Shown here: piece by piece, positions 60,977-64,000 of the stretch | Layout of the letters: the number at the start of each line of letters is the position of its first letter | How positions within the stretch are numbered: the stretch's first letter is position 1 | NCBI GenBank assembly: GCA_934162285.1 | Contig: CAKPHY010000001.1 | Coordinates: 6,510-70,509, forward strand | Direction of reading: 5' to 3' | Length of the DNA stretch: 64,000 nucleotides | From: an uncultured Bacilli bacterium | GTDB taxonomy: Bacteria; Bacillota_I; Bacilli_A; RF39; UBA660 | Notes under the pieces: generated by a model | The model's input: only the letters and a program-made list of their open reading frames with translations | Told to the model about the DNA's origin: nothing | Database searches by the model: none | Program-made: the position numbers and the translations under genes

Positions 60977-62173
60977 ATGCGACTAAAAATAATGATAATT
61001 ATCATCTTTTTATTTATGCCTTTTGTTAAAGCTTTAGATACTAGGTCTAATAATATTATTTTATATAATTTAAACAATGATGAAATTTTGTATGAAAAAA
61101 ATAGCCACGAGCCTATTAAAATTGCTAGTTTAACAAAAGTAATGACAGGTATTGTTGCTCTTGAAAAAATTGATGATCTTGATAGAGAAGTTTTAATCAC
61201 TGCAGAAATGTTAGATGGTTTAATAGAATCTAATGCTTCGGTTGTCGGTTTAAAAGTTAATGATATTGTTACTTATCGAGATCTTTTATATGCCTTATTA
61301 CTACCTTCTGGAGGGGACGCTGCTAATGCTCTTGCGATTAATGTTGCTGGTTCTATAGATAATTTTGTTAAATTAATGAATATTAAGGCTGGTTCTTTAG
61401 GACTAAGCAATACTTTTTTTACAAATGCCACCGGACTTGATAATGGTGATAATCATTCTAATGTTTATGATGTTGCTACTATTCTTAGATATGCTTTAAA
61501 AAATGATGAGTTTAAAAAAATATATGAAACTAGAAAATATACGATGTCAAATGGAATAAAATTAAGATCCTCATTAGAAAAAAACAGTGAAAAGTTACAC
61601 CTTAATATTGATTATATTAAAGGTGCTAAAACTGGAACTACTACTTTAGCTGGTGTTTGTTTATCTTCGACATTTAATTATAATGATATAAATTATTTAA
61701 TGGTAAGTTGTGATTCTTCTTTTAAAAACCTTACTTATAATGTATTTGATGCTGGAGTTTTATATAATTATTATGCTAATAATTATCACCTACGAAGTAT
61801 TTTAAAAAAAAATAAAGTTATTAAATCTATTAATAACAAATATTCTAGTAATAAAGTTAATTTATATCCTGATACTGATTATTCTTTATATATGCTTGAT
61901 AATGATTACAAGAATTTAAAATTTACTTATGATGGTTTAGAAACTATTGACATTTATACTAAAGATAAAATTATTGGTAAGTATGAAATTAGCTTAAATA
62001 ATAATGTTTTAAAAACAATTGATGTGTATAAACCAGATAAAATAGAATTTTCTATTTTCAATTTTATATTTGTTAATTATATTTATTTTTTGGCTATTCT
62101 AATTTTTATTGTTTTAATTTTTATTATTAATTTATTTTTGAAAAAGAAAAAGAGTTTTAAAACTGAAATTTAA
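60977..62173 (+). CDS. D-alanyl-D-alanine carboxypeptidase (DacA/PBP5-like) with a C-terminal TM anchor
   Basis: ASLTKVMT (SxxK), SGGD, KTGTT motifs; signal peptide MRLKIMIIIIFLFMPFVKA; C-terminal hydrophobic anchor. Confidence 0.8.
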   Translation: MRLKIMIIIIFLFMPFVKALDTRSNNIILYNLNNDEILYEKNSHEPIKIASLTKVMTGIVALEKIDDLDREVLITAEMLDGLIESNASVVGLKVNDIVTYRDLLYALLLPSGGDAANALAINVAGSIDNFVKLMNIKAGSLGLSNTFFTNATGLDNGDNHSNVYDVATILRYALKNDEFKKIYETRKYTMSNGIKLRSSLEKNSEKLHLNIDYIKGAKTGTTTLAGVCLSSTFNYNDINYLMVSCDSSFKNLTYNVFDAGVLYNYYANNYHLRSILKKNKVIKSINNKYSSNKVNLYPDTDYSLYMLDNDYKNLKFTYDGLETIDIYTKDKIIGKYEISLNNNVLKTIDVYKPDKIEFSIFNFIFVNYIYFLAILIFIVLIFIINLFLKKKKSFKTEI

Positions 62174-62191
62174 ATCAGTTTAAGACTCTTT

Positions 62192-64000
62192 TTAAAATAG
62201 ACTTAATTGATTAGATTCATCCATTCCATTTAAAATACCAAGAGAACGCATTGTTTCTATAATAGTTCCTGAAACTTTTCCACGTTTTTGTAAATCTTCA
62301 ATACTTTGAAATGGACGTTTTTTTCTTTCTTCAATTATTGTTAAAGCTACGGTATCACCTAAGCCATCAATTGTTGAAAATGGTGGATACATAGTTGTAT
62401 CATCTTTAACAACAAAAGTCTTAGCTTCACTTTTATTAATATCAATGTTAGCAAACTTAATGCCTCTAGCTGTTGCTTCTAAGGCAATTTTTAAAGTTTC
62501 TAAAACTGATAATTCCTTATTACTAGCATCTTTACCTTTAGCTCCAATTTCTTGCATTTTATTTTTAATAGCATTATATCCTTTACACATAACACCAATA
62601 TCATAATCAGTAATACGAGCAGATAAATATGTTGCATAATAATATACTGGCATGTGGACTTTAAACCAAGCAATTCTAAAAGCACTGATAACATAAGCAG
62701 CGGCATGAGCTTTCGGGAACATGTATTTTATTTTTCCGCATGATTCAATAAACCAATCTTCAATCCCAGCTTTTTTCATTGTTTCTTTATGTTCAAGCCA
62801 AGTATCAGGTTCTTTAGAAGCCTTACCTTTTCTGACGAATTCCATTATTTTGAAAGCTTTTATTGGTGCTAAGCCATGATACATTAAATAAACCATAATA
62901 TCGTCACGGCAACCAATAACTTCTTTAAAAGGAACAACTTTATTACGAATTAACTCTTGAGCATTACCTAGCCATACATCAGTACCATGTGATAGACCTG
63001 ATATTTTAATTAATTCGGAGAAAGTTGTTGGTTTAGTATCAACTAACATACCAATAGTAAAGTTGGTTCCGAATTCGGGAATTCCTAATGTTCCGGTTGG
63101 ACACATTATTTGTTCTTCCGTTACTCCTAAGGGTGCTGGTGATAAAAATATTGCCATCGTTTCTTTATCATCAAGTGGAACATCGGTAACATTCATACCG
63201 GTTAAATCTTGAAGATAACGTAACTGAGTTGGATCAGAGTGACCTAAAATATCTAATTTTAATAGATCTTGATCGATAGCATGATAATCGAAGTGGGTTG
63301 TTCGCCATTCAGCTGTTTTATCATCAGCAGGATATTGATATGGAGTAAAATCATATACTTCTTTATAGTGTGGTACAACAACAATTCCACCTGGATGTTG
63401 CCCGGTTGTTCTTTTTACACCAGTACAGCCAACTGCTAATCTTTCGATTTCAGGAGAACGTTTATTGATACCACGATCTTCATAAAAACCTTTAACATAT
63501 CCGTAGGCGGTTTTATCGGCAACAGTACCAATAGTTCCGGCACGGTAGACATTGTCAACACCGAATAATACTTTAGTATAATTATGGGCATCTGCTTGGT
63601 TAAGATCGGAGAAGTTTAAATCAATATCAGGTACTTTATCGGCATTAAAACCTAAGAAAGTAGCGAATGGCATATCTTGACCATCTTTATGAAGCATTTC
63701 GCCACAATTTGGACATTTTTTATCTGGCAAATCAAAGCCACTAGAATAAGTAGCACCTAATTGATTCCCTTTATCATCAGTAAAAACACTATATTGACAT
63801 TTCAAACAACGATAATGGGCTGGTAAAGGATTAACTTCCGTTATACCCATCATGGTTGCTACAAATGATGATCCAACAGAACCTCTTGATCCTACTAAAT
63901 AGCCATCATCATTAGAGTGTTTTACTAACTTTTGAGCAATTAAATAAATTACATCGAAGCCACCACCGATTATACCACCTAAGTCTTTTTGAACAGCTTT
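62192..64000 (-). CDS. polC: DNA polymerase III PolC-type, 3' (C-terminal) portion; the gene continues beyond the window end
   Basis: [20 protein letters not shown] polymerase motif, zinc finger C..C...C..C, C-terminal ...[14 protein letters not shown]; the reading frame stays open to position 64000. Confidence 0.9.
   Translation of the reverse strand, partial: KAVQKDLGGIIGGGFDVIYLIAQKLVKHSNDDGYLVGSRGSVGSSFVATMMGITEVNPLPAHYRCLKCQYSVFTDDKGNQLGATYSSGFDLPDKKCPNCGEMLHKDGQDMPFATFLGFNADKVPDIDLNFSDLNQADAHNYTKVLFGVDNVYRAGTIGTVADKTAYGYVKGFYEDRGINKRSPEIERLAVGCTGVKRTTGQHPGGIVVVPHYKEVYDFTPYQYPADDKTAEWRTTHFDYHAIDQDLLKLDILGHSDPTQLRYLQDLTGMNVTDVPLDDKETMAIFLSPAPLGVTEEQIMCPTGTLGIPEFGTNFTIGMLVDTKPTTFSELIKISGLSHGTDVWLGNAQELIRNKVVPFKEVIGCRDDIMVYLMYHGLAPIKAFKIMEFVRKGKASKEPDTWLEHKETMKKAGIEDWFIESCGKIKYMFPKAHAAAYVISAFRIAWFKVHMPVYYYATYLSARITDYDIGVMCKGYNAIKNKMQEIGAKGKDASNKELSVLETLKIALEATARGIKFANIDINKSEAKTFVVKDDTTMYPPFSTIDGLGDTVALTIIEERKKRPFQSIEDLQKRGKVSGTIIETMRSLGILNGMDESNQLSLF

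Noticed and set aside
60955-61200. 81-aa minus-strand ORF overlapping the start of the plus-strand DD-carboxypeptidase gene
   Set aside because: Antisense to a well-supported PBP gene containing SxxK; no Shine-Dalgarno.
62500-62706. 68-aa minus-strand ORF inside polC
   Set aside because: Alternative frame nested in polC.

Overview
This is an AT-rich window from a low-GC, endospore-forming Firmicute (Clostridia- or Erysipelotrichia-like). Almost every gene lies on the minus strand. The conserved core is the complete S10-spc-alpha ribosomal protein gene cluster (rpsJ through rplQ, including secY, adk, map, infA, rpmJ and rpoA; about 20.3-34.2 kb). Other core genes are infC-rpmI-rplT, clpB, gpmI, tpiA, spo0A, polA and the 3' part of polC. 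An accessory island lies at 3.1-7.9 kb. It carries six paralogous small secreted proteins with SipW-cognate-type signal peptides (TasA/CalY/BsaA-like) together with a dedicated SipW-type signal peptidase and a TapA-like accessory gene. This looks like an expanded, undescribed matrix or fibre locus, and a Spo0A-box lies upstream of it. Other accessory content is listed below.
- Two two-component systems: one sits next to two large beta-helix-like surface proteins, the other next to a Bce-like ABC transporter.
- An acyl-CoA synthetase translationally coupled to an E2/CAT-like acyltransferase domain whose catalytic His appears to be replaced by Glu.
- A cell-envelope cluster of a Wzx/MurJ-like flippase, an alanine-racemase-family enzyme, an ATP-grasp_ST ligase, a Wzy-like membrane protein and an Amidase_6 protein, flanked by two DD-carboxypeptidases.
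- A roughly 1.9 kb insertion carrying an AT-rich gene for a secreted HExxH protein, bounded by 265-bp direct repeats made by duplicating the 3' end of a dacB-like gene.
Regulatory features read from the sequence are listed below.
- A near-perfect CIRCE (HrcA operator) overlapping a consensus sigma-A promoter of an N-domain-less clpB.
- Tandem 0A-boxes upstream of spo0A.
- A probable non-AUG (AUC) start for infC.
- Several clear rho-independent terminators.
No tRNA, rRNA or CRISPR was seen.
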